Shown here: piece by piece, positions 39,126 to 49,305 of the stretch
Layout: every line of letters starts with the position of its first letter
Position numbering within the stretch: the first letter of the stretch is position 1
Made by a program: the position numbers and the translations under genes
Notes under the pieces: generated by a model
What the model was told of the DNA's origin: nothing
The model's input: only the letters and a program-made list of their open reading frames with translations
Databases searched by the model: none
Source of the DNA: a virus
Lineage: Duplodnaviria > Heunggongvirae > Uroviricota > Caudoviricetes
Strand: one strand, 5' to 3'
DNA length: 62,194 bases
IMG/VR virus record: IMGVR_UViG_3300036829_000172
Location: 1 to 62,194 of that record

Positions 39126-39659
39126 GTGAAGCAAGACACAGCCACGGTTAAAGGGTCGTTCGTCGCGGTGTTGGATGACCGGCAGTTCGGACCAGCAGAG
39201 ACGTTGATCGGCAACGCCATCGCGTGGCATCGGCCGGTGGAGTCGATTCACGGCATGGATCTACCGCGTTCGCACCCGTGGAACGGGTGGCCCGCTGAAG
39301 TGTCGGGCGTGTGGAGCGGTGGTTGGTGCCGGATCGGGTTTCTGGTACCACCAGGCGCAAGCGGCCATCCAGTTGATGAGAGAGAACCTGTGACGTCCGT
39401 TCCGGGGTCTGGTGACGTAACGCGGGCCGAGGATGTGGTGATGCGGGAAGTAGTTGACCTCGGCGAGGTGCTCCTCGTTCACAACGCAGACACCGAACCG
39501 GACTTGTGGCTCGGCCCTCCTGGTACCACAGACTCACCGCGACTGGTCGAGGCGATCGCCCGCGGCGAAGTCACTGCTGGCGGTCTCGCAGAAGCGGGAT
39601 GGCACTGGATCGGCAAACTTTCGACGAAACGAACCCGATCAGCGAGGAACAAGAGATGA
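39126..39659 (+). CDS. Hypothetical protein
   Basis: GTG 39126 after GAGGAG. Confidence 0.45.
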   Translation: MKQDTATVKGSFVAVLDDRQFGPAETLIGNAIAWHRPVESIHGMDLPRSHPWNGWPAEVSGVWSGGWCRIGFLVPPGASGHPVDEREPVTSVPGSGDVTRAEDVVMREVVDLGEVLLVHNADTEPDLWLGPPGTTDSPRLVEAIARGEVTAGGLAEAGWHWIGKLSTKRTRSARNKR

Positions 39660-40193
39660 GCAGCGACCCGATACTAGACGGTCGAATTGGGCATGTGCGT
39701 GCTATGTGCAACAGCGCCTTGGAGCGTGACGGGCGGAACACCGACCGGGCATGGCTGGCGCAATCCGTGATCAACATTCTCGACGGCCTCATCGACGCTC
39801 AAATCGTCGAGGAGATCAACCGCGAGTCGTTATCGGCGAAAGGGGAGCAGTGAAGATCAGTGACAACACCATTGCCGCCGTTGCGCGACTGCATAACGAG
39901 GCTCTGGTCGACCTGACCGACTCCGAGGTTGTGCAGCTGGTAGCGGAGGGTAGACACGCCCATTGGCGACCGGGAGAACCGGCATGAGCGACACCTGGCC
40001 GACGATCCACCCCGCGACGATCCAGTATTACGACCGCTATGCAGACCTCGACCTATCTATTCAGGTTACCCGCGAGCAGGTAGATGAGTGGGACTATGAG
40101 AGTGACGCGCACGGTTACTGCCACAACCGCAGTTGCTACGCCACCCTCGTTCGCGCCGCCGAGTGGGCACGCGAGCACGGATACACAGGCTGA
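39656..40193 (+). other. Three small coupled ORFs (39656-39853, 39850-39987, 39984-40193)
   Basis: ATGA/GTGA overlaps. Confidence 0.5.
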
Positions 40194-40205
40194 CATATTC
40201 GACAA

Positions 40206-40820
40206 TCAGTAGCTGTGACCTGAATTTATTCCGTGATGTGCGACCCTGATCCCCGGTAGATACGCGAACCGGTAGCCGTGGGCGAGCAGCTGATGACGTT
40301 TGACGTTCTCGCTGAACGAGGTCTGCGGCCACCCCAACGCGAACACCTCCGCACGCCACATCGACGGATTGCAGGTGAACGTCGCGGTGTGCTCGATCAA
40401 ACCATCGACCAGGCTGAAGTTGAAACCGCGCTGCAGCAATGCTTGGATAACACCGCCCCAGCGGTGTTCGGGCGGGTAGTGCGGACCGCGCAGTAACGCG
40501 ACCTGCGCAAGGTAGGGCCGATCCTGCAGATGCTGGCCGAGTTCATCCAGCGAGATCGGCTCAAGGAACGTGAAGTCCTCCTCCAGGACGAAGCTGTCGG
40601 CGTGGGCGTTCGCGCACAATGCTTCGTAGGCTTTCGTGTAGCCGACCTGCGGCAGGTCAACAACTGTGCCGTATTGGGCGAGCCATCGCGCATGGGCGGC
40701 ATCGCCGCTGTCGTCAATGAACGTGATGCTGGTGACGCCGGACACCTGCTCATCCAGCGACCGCAGGCACTGCTCGATGTAGTCACGTCTGCGGTATGTG
40801 CCGATCAGCACCGCAGTCAT
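40206..40820 (-). CDS. Family-2-like glycosyltransferase
   Basis: VLIGTYRRRDYIEQCLRSL, FIDDSG, VLEEDF. Confidence 0.8.
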   Translation of the reverse strand: MTAVLIGTYRRRDYIEQCLRSLDEQVSGVTSITFIDDSGDAAHARWLAQYGTVVDLPQVGYTKAYEALCANAHADSFVLEEDFTFLEPISLDELGQHLQDRPYLAQVALLRGPHYPPEHRWGGVIQALLQRGFNFSLVDGLIEHTATFTCNPSMWRAEVFALGWPQTSFSENVKRHQLLAHGYRFAYLPGIRVAHHGINSGHSY

Positions 40821-40998
40821 GGCAGTAAGCCTATGACAGCCTGCGCTCGATGCGGTTTAGCTGTTCGACAACCTCCGCGAGTGTCGCCTGGCGCGGCGGG
40901 GCAAGCGCCACAGCGTCAGGAGGATAGGCCGATTCGGGTACCTCAGGCAGCACTCGACTATCGCCGGGGTGCCACTCGCGAGGGTCCATGCGTGGAGT

Positions 40999-43900
40999 TT
41001 AGCGTTCGAGCCCATCGTCACGGGACTGTTCACGCCGCATCGACAGCTCGTCCTGTTCCGCGCGGTGGCTGCGCAGCCGATCGCCCCGCATCAACTCGCG
41101 CTGCGCGAGGGCTTCGACGACATCTGCAGGAAGCAGCGACTGGTCGAACCCGGCGGCCTGGTCGAGGACCGCGTCGAGGTCGGGCTGAGGGACACGCAGC
41201 GGGACAGCGGCGCGGGCGCTCAGCGTCGCCGACCAAGGCAAATCCTGGTGCAGCAGCCGCAGCATCGCCGACGACGGCGGCGGCGGCCAACGCTGCTCGC
41301 CAGCATCCAGCAGGATAACCCTGGCCCGGTTCTCCTCGGCGTGCCCAGCAAGGTCGGCGATGACGTTCGGGTCGACGTCGGCGGCGTGGTCGAGGACCAG
41401 GACGCTGTCCGAAGGCAGCTGCCAAACACCGTCCTGGAACCGCTGGTAAGCGTCGTCGACGGCCGCGACGGTGTCGGCAACGTCCGCCCCGCGCGCCCGC
41501 TCAGCGAGCTCGGCGGTGGGAGCACACCACATCACCTTGCGACCGGCCGCCCCTGCAGCGGCGTGTAAGACGCTCATCGCCGTCAACGTCTGGTCGTCGT
41601 CGGCCGCGTGCACCACGGTGACGGTCCGGTCGTATCGGGCCAGTGAGGACACCGCGCGGGCCGCGATCGGGTCAAGGTCGGCGACAGCCCCAGCCGACAG
41701 CGGAATCGCGCCGGCCCGGGTGCGGCCGCCAGCCAGGTTGAGCACCGCCAGCTCCGTCATGATCTGGTCGCGACGCTCAACGATGTGGTCGGCGTTGCGG
41801 GTCCGGGCCTGCGCGAACGCACGCGCAGCCGCCGCCTCGGCGCGGTCACGGTCAAAGCGGATCTCGTCGCGGCGAGCTACCGCAGCAGCCAGCATCTCCT
41901 GATCCTCGGCTTCGGCCGCAAGCCGGGCCGCGTCCACATCGTCACTCGTGACGATCCGATCCGCACCGCCCGCCGCCGCGGCGCGGGCAGCGACAGCGTC
42001 AAACAGCTGCGTCTGGAACCGTTCCGCGGGCGGCGTCTCGGGAAGCTGCGTCATTGCCAGCCGCACACCGGCGCGGGCCGACGCGACCTCAAGCGGGTCA
42101 GCGTCAGCGTCGGCCTCCAGCGCCCGCAGCTGCCCGCGCATCGATTCGACCAGTCCGAGCGACTGCTGATACCGAGCCTCGGCGTCATCCCACGCCGCGG
42201 TAACAGCGGCCACCGCCAGCATGTAGGGTCTGTCAGCCTCAGCGCGGGCCCGCAACTCGAGCAGCTGCGGCTCGGCGGCCAGCACCGCCGGGCCCATCGC
42301 CTGCACGATTCGCACCCGCAGCGCAGACACCTCATCGGCGGCCTGCTGGTAGGCCCGGCGCAGCGCGTTCACGTCGGCTAACGCCGCGGGCAGCGGCAGC
42401 GGTGCGGGCCGCGCGGCCGACAGATCCTCAACGAAATCTGTTTCAAGTGCAGCCGTAAAGTCAGCGTCAACTAGCATCTGTTCCTCTTCCTCAACCGTCA
42501 GTGGCGGCTCAACTAGGCTCAGCTGTTCCTCTTCCTCAACCGTGAGCGGCGGCTCCGTGGGCGGCGGCGCAGAATCAAACGGATGCTCGGTCGTGAACAG
42601 GTCGATCGAGTACGTGAGCAGCCGCGCGAACTCGTCGGGACGGATCGGCGTTTCCACGTCACGCAGATGCTCGGCAGCGACCAGCAGCAGATCGACCGGT
42701 GTCCAACGGGCCGGGTCGGCGTCCTCCACCGCGGCCACCAGGCCGGGGAAAGCGGGATCCGCAGCGATAGTCTCAGCCAGAGCGGTGCCGAACACAGCGT
42801 TCAAGTCCGACAGCCACGCCGGGCGTAGCCGCTGGGAAGCCGACTCCAGCGTCGCCGGGGTCAGCGTCCCGGAAAGCCGCCACCACAGCGCTGCGGCGGG
42901 CATCTCATCGGGCAGCGGAGCCCGACCCGCCGCGTCGGCTAGCAGCTGCCGCACATCGACCCCGGTGCGCGCGACAGTGCTTAAGTGAGCGGCCAGCGGT
43001 GTCCAGTAGGCGTCGCGCCCGATGCGCGGATCGAGTTCATCGATGAGTTGACGCCACCGTTTGAGCTGCCAATCATCACGCCCAATGCTCTGCTCGGCAG
43101 CGTTTTGAAGCGCAACCTGCATGCGGCGCGCCCGCGTCGGATATTGGGGCGGCCCGGTGAGGCAGCTATCCGAATCCTCCACACCCATAGCAGCGCGGAA
43201 GACGGCGATCTCCGCAGTGAGTTTCCGGTTTGACAGCACCGAACGCGCCCACGCCGGCGCGGTGCTTGCGCTCCATTCCCGGATCTGCCCGCGGATCTCG
43301 TCAGCCAGCTCAGCCACCAGATCACGACGCACCGTCAAGAATTCGGCCCACATCGGGTTCGCCCGTAGAGCGGCGGGAATGTTCGGCAGCCACCGCAATG
43401 GACCAATCCCCGACGAATGCGAACAGGTGTAATCCAGCCGCCAATCCAACACAGCAGCGGTGTCCCCCGCGGTGCGTAGTTCCCGTTCGGCGGCAGCTTC
43501 GCGTAACCGCTCGACAGGGTTGTCGCCGCCTAACGCGATGATCGCCAGGTGCTGGCGCAGCACCGGCCACGCCGCCGCAGCGGTCAGTCCGGGATGAACC
43601 GTGTCAGCCTGCGTGTCGACCTCACGCAGCACAGCCGGGTCGACCGTGGCCTCCGCCGCGGCACCCACCGCATCCACATAGCGTTGCCCGGCACCCGCCA
43701 GCCGGCGGAACGGGTCGCCAGCTTCACGGGTCGCGGTCGTCGCCGACACCTGAGCGCCGTCACGGTTAAGCGCACGCGTCAGCACATCAATCGCGGTGTC
43801 GGGGTGAAGCGCCTTCGGGGTGATGACGCGGTGCGGATCGGTCTCCGCGGTGGACAGATAGATGTGGTTCTCCGACACGCCGCGACTCAACGCGGTGTAG

Positions 43901-46800
43901 AGCTGCTGCCGGTTCAGCGCATCATTGCCGACCACGTGGCAGGTGCCCGGGCGCGCCCGTGATCCGATCGTGTCACCTTGAGCCGCGTCGATCGTCGCCG
44001 CATAGCCCAACGTCGTGTGGCTGGCCACATACTCACGTGGCAGCGTCACCGTGTGCCCACCACCGAGCCGAGAAACCGTCAAACCCCCGTTGTCATCGAC
44101 CTTGGTCACCCGCCACCGGTAGCCGTTACGGACAAAGTCGCGACCATTGCGGAGCCGCAGCGACCGCGCATTATCACGCGTCGAGACAATGTCGCCGACT
44201 GATGCCCGCAACCCGTCCGACAGCGTCGCCTCGGCGGTGACTGGTTGACCCGCGAGGCGATGTGCGCGGGCCCGCGCATTCAGATCGGTGACGGTCTCAT
44301 TCGTGGGCGCCAGCAGCATCGACTCCCATCCCTGCGCGCCGTCGGCAACCCACCGCTCGAACGCCATATCCGCAGCTGTGGTGTCGGCGCCAACATGGAT
44401 ACGGTGCTCGTCGGCGTAGAAACCGAGCGCCGCCGGGTCGCCGTCACGCAACGCCAACGTGGCCGCCGCCTCCGCACGAGACGAGAACCGCATCACCTCC
44501 GTCAACGTCGCAGCACCCACCTCGTGCGCAATGTCAGTCAGCACACCCCCAGCAGAAATCGACGACAGCTGCTTGTTGTCCCCGACCAGACGCACACTCG
44601 CGCCGCGGGCCTGCGCGTGGGCGATCACCGCTGCCAGCGCCAGAGTCCCCGACTTACCGGCCTCATCGACGATGATCAGCGTGTTCCGATCGATCCGGTC
44701 GAACCAGGCACGAGCATCATCACGACGCTGCGGATTACGCGTCAGCCACACCAGTTTGTCGACCGTATCGGCGGCGATGTGCACACCCTGACCAGCCATA
44801 TCGTTACCCAACAGGTGCGCCGCGTTCGCGCTGGACGCGAGCCCGATCACATGCCCGCCGTCCTCTTCCCACGCCCGCGCCAACGCCGCCATCGCCGTCG
44901 TCTTACCCGTCCCGGCCGGCGCCAACGCCAGCCCGACCCGCGCACCCGAGCCCGCCAACGCACGGACCATCGCTTCCTGGCCCGCGTTCAGAGGCCGACC
45001 GTTCGCGTGCGCCTCAAGCAGCGCTAACCCGATCGCCTGCTCGCTGACGCGGCGCCCGTCAGTGCGGTGCGCCGCCGCCAAAATGGCTTTCTCGGCAGCT
45101 AAAACGGCTGCGTTGGTGAAAAATTGGGTGCCATGCGCGCTGTAGACACTCGACCCGTCGCGCCGACGCAGCAGCGCGGGCTCACCCATGTCAGCGTCGA
45201 GGTCGTGGGCGAAGTCGATGCTGTAGTCCCGCAACGCCACGCGGGTGATCCGTTCGGCCAGCCCTGGCTCGGCGTGCAGGTTGTGCTCGCGGACCCGCCG
45301 CTGAGCCTCGGCGTAGACGTGGGTGCGTTGCCAAACCGACCGGCTGGCTGAAACCGTCTCGATGACGGCCGCGGCCTGCTCGGCAACCCACTCCGATGTG
45401 ATTTCGCGTGCCGCCTCACGCCGGCCCGACAGCACCCGTCCAAGCATCTGCGCCAGCTCCGCCGAACTCCCGAGAAGCTCGATGGCTTGGCCGCGCCACT
45501 GTCCGCGCTGCTCGGCCAGCGACCGCGGCTCATGCTTGGCCTGGCGCGTGTCAAGATGTGCGCGCTTATAGAGCGCGATCGACTCTGACATCGTGGGCTC
45601 ACGCCGATGAGCACTCTGGAATTGAGCGGCGAGCTGCCCGTAGCGCTGTTCGATCGCGGCGTGCCGCGACGAAAACAACTCGCGCAGCTCCGCCGAAACA
45701 CCGTCCACCTCCCGAATCGGGCGCTTACCCCGCCCGGTGTCCCGCTCGACGAACGCCAACCCCAACGCCGCGATCAGATGCGCTTCCAGCCGCGTGTTAT
45801 AAAGCTCCGACGCGGCGACGTTCGCCTTGTAGAGCGGCCGCCCGTCCAACGCCAACCATTGCCGCGACCCGTCGGCGCGCACCGCGCACACCTTGTTTGA
45901 CACCGCGACATGGGTGTGCAGATGCGGCTCACCGTCACGTGAATCGCGGTGCGTGAACGCGGCAGCGATGAAACCCTCGGTGTCTACCTGAGCCACGCCG
46001 CCAGCACCGGTGCGCGTGAACGCGGCATGATCCTGCAGATACTCCAAGGCGTCAGCCACCGCCCGGTCATGGCAGTCCTCGATGATCTGCGCGATAGCCA
46101 GCGGCGCCAACGCCCACAACACCGACACGGTTTTGACGGGGGTAAACGTGATGTCGTAACCGGCGACCGACGTAGTCGGCTCACGCGACTCACGCGCGAT
46201 GAAACCTGAAAGCTCCCGGTCGTCGGACGGCTGCCGCCCATAGGTGTCCGCAAACAATTCACGGGCGATCTGTGTCCTGAGGTCGGCCCGGATCTCGTCA
46301 TCGATCGCCGCGGCCCAATGCTCACCGAGCGCGATGTTGTAGTCCCGGTAGGCGACGGCGATCCGCTGCTCGAGCTCTGATCGCGTGTCGTCGCTGATAT
46401 GAAACGGGCGCCCCAGCCGGGCCTGCGCCAGCGCGGCGTTCTTGGCCTGCTCCACGGTGCGCCGCCGCGTCGACACCTGCGGCGCGAAATGGTCGGAGAT
46501 CATTTTGGCGTTGGGGTGGTATCCGAGCCCGAATAGGGCGATCATCTGGGCTTCTGTGACGTCCGATCCAGCCTCCACTCGCCACAGAGCGGGATCCCCC
46601 CCGAGCAGACCGGTCGGCTCGCTGAGAGCCTCCAGGCTGCGGCCCGTCCACCGGCCTGGCGCCTCGCCTTTCTCGCTGTAGTAATCCGCTAACGAAGGTC
46701 GCCCACGATGCGTCGCGTCACCGGCGGCGACCTGCCGCGTCAGGTACACGTACCCATCGCCAGCGGTAATTTTGTGGATCCCGGCGTTCACAGAAGCCAA
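40999..46800 (-). CDS. mobF: MOBF (TrwC-family) relaxase-helicase
   Basis: HKITAGDGYVYL, DYYSEKGEAPGRW, HRDSRDGEPHLHTH, APAGTGKT, IVDEAG, LVGDNKQL; start may be GTG 46791. Confidence 0.95.
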   Translation of the reverse strand: MASVNAGIHKITAGDGYVYLTRQVAAGDATHRGRPSLADYYSEKGEAPGRWTGRSLEALSEPTGLLGGDPALWRVEAGSDVTEAQMIALFGLGYHPNAKMISDHFAPQVSTRRRTVEQAKNAALAQARLGRPFHISDDTRSELEQRIAVAYRDYNIALGEHWAAAIDDEIRADLRTQIARELFADTYGRQPSDDRELSGFIARESREPTTSVAGYDITFTPVKTVSVLWALAPLAIAQIIEDCHDRAVADALEYLQDHAAFTRTGAGGVAQVDTEGFIAAAFTHRDSRDGEPHLHTHVAVSNKVCAVRADGSRQWLALDGRPLYKANVAASELYNTRLEAHLIAALGLAFVERDTGRGKRPIREVDGVSAELRELFSSRHAAIEQRYGQLAAQFQSAHRREPTMSESIALYKRAHLDTRQAKHEPRSLAEQRGQWRGQAIELLGSSAELAQMLGRVLSGRREAAREITSEWVAEQAAAVIETVSASRSVWQRTHVYAEAQRRVREHNLHAEPGLAERITRVALRDYSIDFAHDLDADMGEPALLRRRDGSSVYSAHGTQFFTNAAVLAAEKAILAAAHRTDGRRVSEQAIGLALLEAHANGRPLNAGQEAMVRALAGSGARVGLALAPAGTGKTTAMAALARAWEEDGGHVIGLASSANAAHLLGNDMAGQGVHIAADTVDKLVWLTRNPQRRDDARAWFDRIDRNTLIIVDEAGKSGTLALAAVIAHAQARGASVRLVGDNKQLSSISAGGVLTDIAHEVGAATLTEVMRFSSRAEAAATLALRDGDPAALGFYADEHRIHVGADTTAADMAFERWVADGAQGWESMLLAPTNETVTDLNARARAHRLAGQPVTAEATLSDGLRASVGDIVSTRDNARSLRLRNGRDFVRNGYRWRVTKVDDNGGLTVSRLGGGHTVTLPREYVASHTTLGYAATIDAAQGDTIGSRARPGTCHVVGNDALNRQQLYTALSRGVSENHIYLSTAETDPHRVITPKALHPDTAIDVLTRALNRDGAQVSATTATREAGDPFRRLAGAGQRYVDAVGAAAEATVDPAVLREVDTQADTVHPGLTAAAAWPVLRQHLAIIALGGDNPVERLREAAAERELRTAGDTAAVLDWRLDYTCSHSSGIGPLRWLPNIPAALRANPMWAEFLTVRRDLVAELADEIRGQIREWSASTAPAWARSVLSNRKLTAEIAVFRAAMGVEDSDSCLTGPPQYPTRARRMQVALQNAAEQSIGRDDWQLKRWRQLIDELDPRIGRDAYWTPLAAHLSTVARTGVDVRQLLADAAGRAPLPDEMPAAALWWRLSGTLTPATLESASQRLRPAWLSDLNAVFGTALAETIAADPAFPGLVAAVEDADPARWTPVDLLLVAAEHLRDVETPIRPDEFARLLTYSIDLFTTEHPFDSAPPPTEPPLTVEEEEQLSLVEPPLTVEEEEQMLVDADFTAALETDFVEDLSAARPAPLPLPAALADVNALRRAYQQAADEVSALRVRIVQAMGPAVLAAEPQLLELRARAEADRPYMLAVAAVTAAWDDAEARYQQSLGLVESMRGQLRALEADADADPLEVASARAGVRLAMTQLPETPPAERFQTQLFDAVAARAAAAGGADRIVTSDDVDAARLAAEAEDQEMLAAAVARRDEIRFDRDRAEAAAARAFAQARTRNADHIVERRDQIMTELAVLNLAGGRTRAGAIPLSAGAVADLDPIAARAVSSLARYDRTVTVVHAADDDQTLTAMSVLHAAAGAAGRKVMWCAPTAELAERARGADVADTVAAVDDAYQRFQDGVWQLPSDSVLVLDHAADVDPNVIADLAGHAEENRARVILLDAGEQRWPPPPSSAMLRLLHQDLPWSATLSARAAVPLRVPQPDLDAVLDQAAGFDQSLLPADVVEALAQRELMRGDRLRSHRAEQDELSMRREQSRDDGLER
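42478..42555. repeat. In-frame direct repeat (EPPLTVEEEEQ x2), 45-bp period
   Basis: Seen in both DNA and protein. Confidence 0.8.
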
Positions 46801-47036
46801 CGTTAGGCCGGGGTCTTGGCCATTTCAAGCAGACCAGGCAGCACGTCAACGGAAAACGTTTCTGCTCTCAACTGTCCTGAGTGCATGAGGTACGTGAGGT
46901 TGGGTTGGCGAGATTTCAAGATCATTTGAGATCGTGGCTGGTGGGGGCAGTGGTGGGCATGTGGTGAACGAGGTCGTGAGGCAGTGCGTTGTGGGCGTTG
47001 GGGGTGTGATAGCGCAAGAGATGGCAGGATGAGGGA
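46801..47036. promoter_or_regulatory. Candidate oriT / divergent promoter region
   Basis: Intergenic, upstream of relaxase; GCGTTGGGGGTGTG near 46995-47008 resembles the F-type nic GCGTGGGGTGT^G. Confidence 0.35.
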
Positions 47037-47714
47037 GTGGTGAAAAGGCACGGATTTTCCGGAACCCCGACGTACGAACGGTGGAGGGCGATGGTCTACC
47101 GTTGCCGCGACAAAGGGAATCCGTACTACGGAGGCGCGGGCGTAACGGTCGACCCGGGCTGGGAAGTGTTCGAAAATTTTCTGGCGGATATGGGGGAGCG
47201 GCCGGACGGTTTGACGCTGGACCGTATTGACCGGGCTCTGCCGTACGGACCCGGGAACTGTCGGTGGGCGGACTGGTCGACCCAGAACAACAACCGCAGC
47301 ATTAACCACGTGGTGACGTTGGATGGGCGGACGCAGACGCTGACGCAGTGGGCGGCCGAGTTGGGCGTGGCGTGGACGCTGGTGTTTAACCGTGTGTCGG
47401 CCGGGTGGTCTGCGGAGGAGGCGCTGACGGTGCCGGTCGACACAGCAAGATCGGCTGCGGCCGCCGAAAGTTGGGATCGGAGTCGTAAACGCGGGCAGCG
47501 ATTGATAACGGCAGATGGTCGGACGCAGTCGATGAGTGAGTGGGCGCGCGAGATTGGGGTGCGGCCGCAGGTGATACGGAACCGGATTAGCGCGGGGTGG
47601 CCGGAGGAGATTGCGGTCACGACTGCGGCGTTGTCACGCAGCCGAGGCCCGGACGGTCGGTTGGTGTGGGATCTGCCCGCAGCGGTGATTGAGAACCGTA
47701 CGAAGCGTGGTTAA
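47037..47714 (+). CDS. HNH endonuclease (same family as 22566-23405) with duplicated C-terminal HTH-like unit
   Basis: WEVFENFLADMGERPDGLTLDRID..YGPGNCRWA..QNNN; DGRTQ..W..E.GV twice. Confidence 0.85.
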   Translation: MVKRHGFSGTPTYERWRAMVYRCRDKGNPYYGGAGVTVDPGWEVFENFLADMGERPDGLTLDRIDRALPYGPGNCRWADWSTQNNNRSINHVVTLDGRTQTLTQWAAELGVAWTLVFNRVSAGWSAEEALTVPVDTARSAAAAESWDRSRKRGQRLITADGRTQSMSEWAREIGVRPQVIRNRISAGWPEEIAVTTAALSRSRGPDGRLVWDLPAAVIENRTKRG

Positions 47715-47766
47715 CGGTTCGTGGTTTGTGTATGAATCTGTTCACGGTTTGGTTAGGATGCTTCGC

Positions 47767-48126
47767 ATGACTACGACAAACAAGCAGGAGGCCCGCGCGA
47801 AGTTCGCCCGGGTGTTCGCGGAGCGTGCAGTGCTGCAGCGGAAGAACGTTGAGGACCTGGCCCAGTTTGTGGCTGAGGTGGGCAGGGCCGATCAGGTCGA
47901 TGTGTGGCTTGAGACGCGGATCGACAAGGCGCGCCGGGAGGCGGAGGTGCGCCGGCGCCGGCACGAGGCGGCTGCGGGTAGGGCGTTGGCGGCGGTGTGT
48001 TCGCGTGGTGAGTCGGTTCAGAGTGTCGCCGCGCAGCTGGGGATCGGCCAGGCTAGGGTGCGCGAATATCTGAGGCTGGCTGAGGCGGAACGAGCGAGCA
48101 CGAACGGGGAGGCGGAGCAGCAGTGA
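47767..48126 (+). CDS. Coiled-coil/HTH protein divergent from relaxase
   Basis: RGESVQSVAAQLGIGQARVREYLR. Confidence 0.6.
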   Translation: MTTTNKQEARAKFARVFAERAVLQRKNVEDLAQFVAEVGRADQVDVWLETRIDKARREAEVRRRRHEAAAGRALAAVCSRGESVQSVAAQLGIGQARVREYLRLAEAERASTNGEAEQQ

Positions 48127-48277
48127 AAGCGAAGGTGATCATTGTCATCATGCTGGCGGCCGTGCTGAGTGTGCAGACCGCAATCCTGTGGGTGCAGAGC
48201 AACATCCGGAGCGATCAGCTGACTATCAGGTCGTGGATAGCGCACGAACTGCGAGCGAGAAGAGGGGAGGGGCAGAG

Positions 48278-48637
48278 ATGAGCTCTGGCCCGGAGGTGGA
48301 TCCGGTCGCGCTACTGAAGGAGATCGCACAGATCGCGATGGACCGAATGAACTACGGTGCCGACGTCAGCACCTGGGAGGCGATGACCCTCGGGAAAATC
48401 ACGGGGGTGGCGGTGCGTTACCCAGGTCTGCTCGAGGGGCTGAGAGATGTGGGGCCCGGGTCGGGCATCATTTTCGATCACGAGTTCGCGGGCGCGGATC
48501 TGGCGCGCTGCGGCAGGCCGGGCTGCGGGCGGCCTGCCGGCGACCATCAGTACAGCGTTGGCTGCGTTGGCGGGGTTGGCGGGATGAGTTACCAACCGGA
48601 TGACAGCATGCGGGCTCCGCCGGTAGTTACAGACTGA
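48278..48637 (+). CDS. Hypothetical protein
   Basis: GGAGG RBS. Confidence 0.45.
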   Translation: MSSGPEVDPVALLKEIAQIAMDRMNYGADVSTWEAMTLGKITGVAVRYPGLLEGLRDVGPGSGIIFDHEFAGADLARCGRPGCGRPAGDHQYSVGCVGGVGGMSYQPDDSMRAPPVVTD

Positions 48638-48650
48638 CGAGGTTCAAAAC

Positions 48651-49088
48651 TTGAACACCGTCAACCACGAGATGCGGAGAGAACTGATGGGAGACAGAGG
48701 CACGGTTTACCGCGGCTACGGGCCCGGCTCGACGGCCGGCGAGCACCTAGTAGTTGTCGAGCAGGGTCGAGACCTGGCGCGCCCGTTGCGTCACGTCGTG
48801 AAGCACTCTCCGGACGGGTTTTCGTGGGGGTACGCCGGGTCAGGGCCGGCGGAGCTCGCGCGGTGCATCCTGATCGACGCGCTTGACGCGGAACCGGACT
48901 GCGGCGAGTGTGGCGGGAAGGGCTGCTTGTTGTGCGACGGCGGGTACACCGTGCCGGGCCCGGGCATGTATCAGGGGTTCAAGTTCGAAGCGATCGCGGT
49001 GCTGCCGGCGGACTGCGACTGGCAGATGGATCAGGCCGACGTGTTGGCGTGGGTTGTTGAGTACCGGTCGAGAATGGGTGCGGTGTAA
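48651..49088 (+). CDS. DUF6166-like protein
   Basis: HSPDGFSWGYAGSGPAELA motif. Confidence 0.7.
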   Translation: MNTVNHEMRRELMGDRGTVYRGYGPGSTAGEHLVVVEQGRDLARPLRHVVKHSPDGFSWGYAGSGPAELARCILIDALDAEPDCGECGGKGCLLCDGGYTVPGPGMYQGFKFEAIAVLPADCDWQMDQADVLAWVVEYRSRMGAV

Positions 49089-49305
49089 TGGCCGGGATGG
49101 AACGGGGCCTGTGAACGAGGTGGGTCAGATCGCGCTCGCGGCTGTGTATGAGCATTTGGATGGTGATCTTCATGCGGCGTTCGATGAGGCGCCGTTCCCG
49201 CGGGAATGTCCTTCGGGGGGTGTCCATGATTTCACGTATCCCGAGCACGGGCACAGTCGATGCCGCAAATGCCTTTGCACTGTGGGCCTGGCGGGTCGGC
49301 CGGTG

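Noticed and set aside
46879-46887. Self-target for unit 11 spacer A (GAGTGCATG, 8/9 match) near oriT
   Set aside because: No adjacent match to spacer B; an 8/9 hit is expected by chance in 62 kb. I could not search exhaustively.
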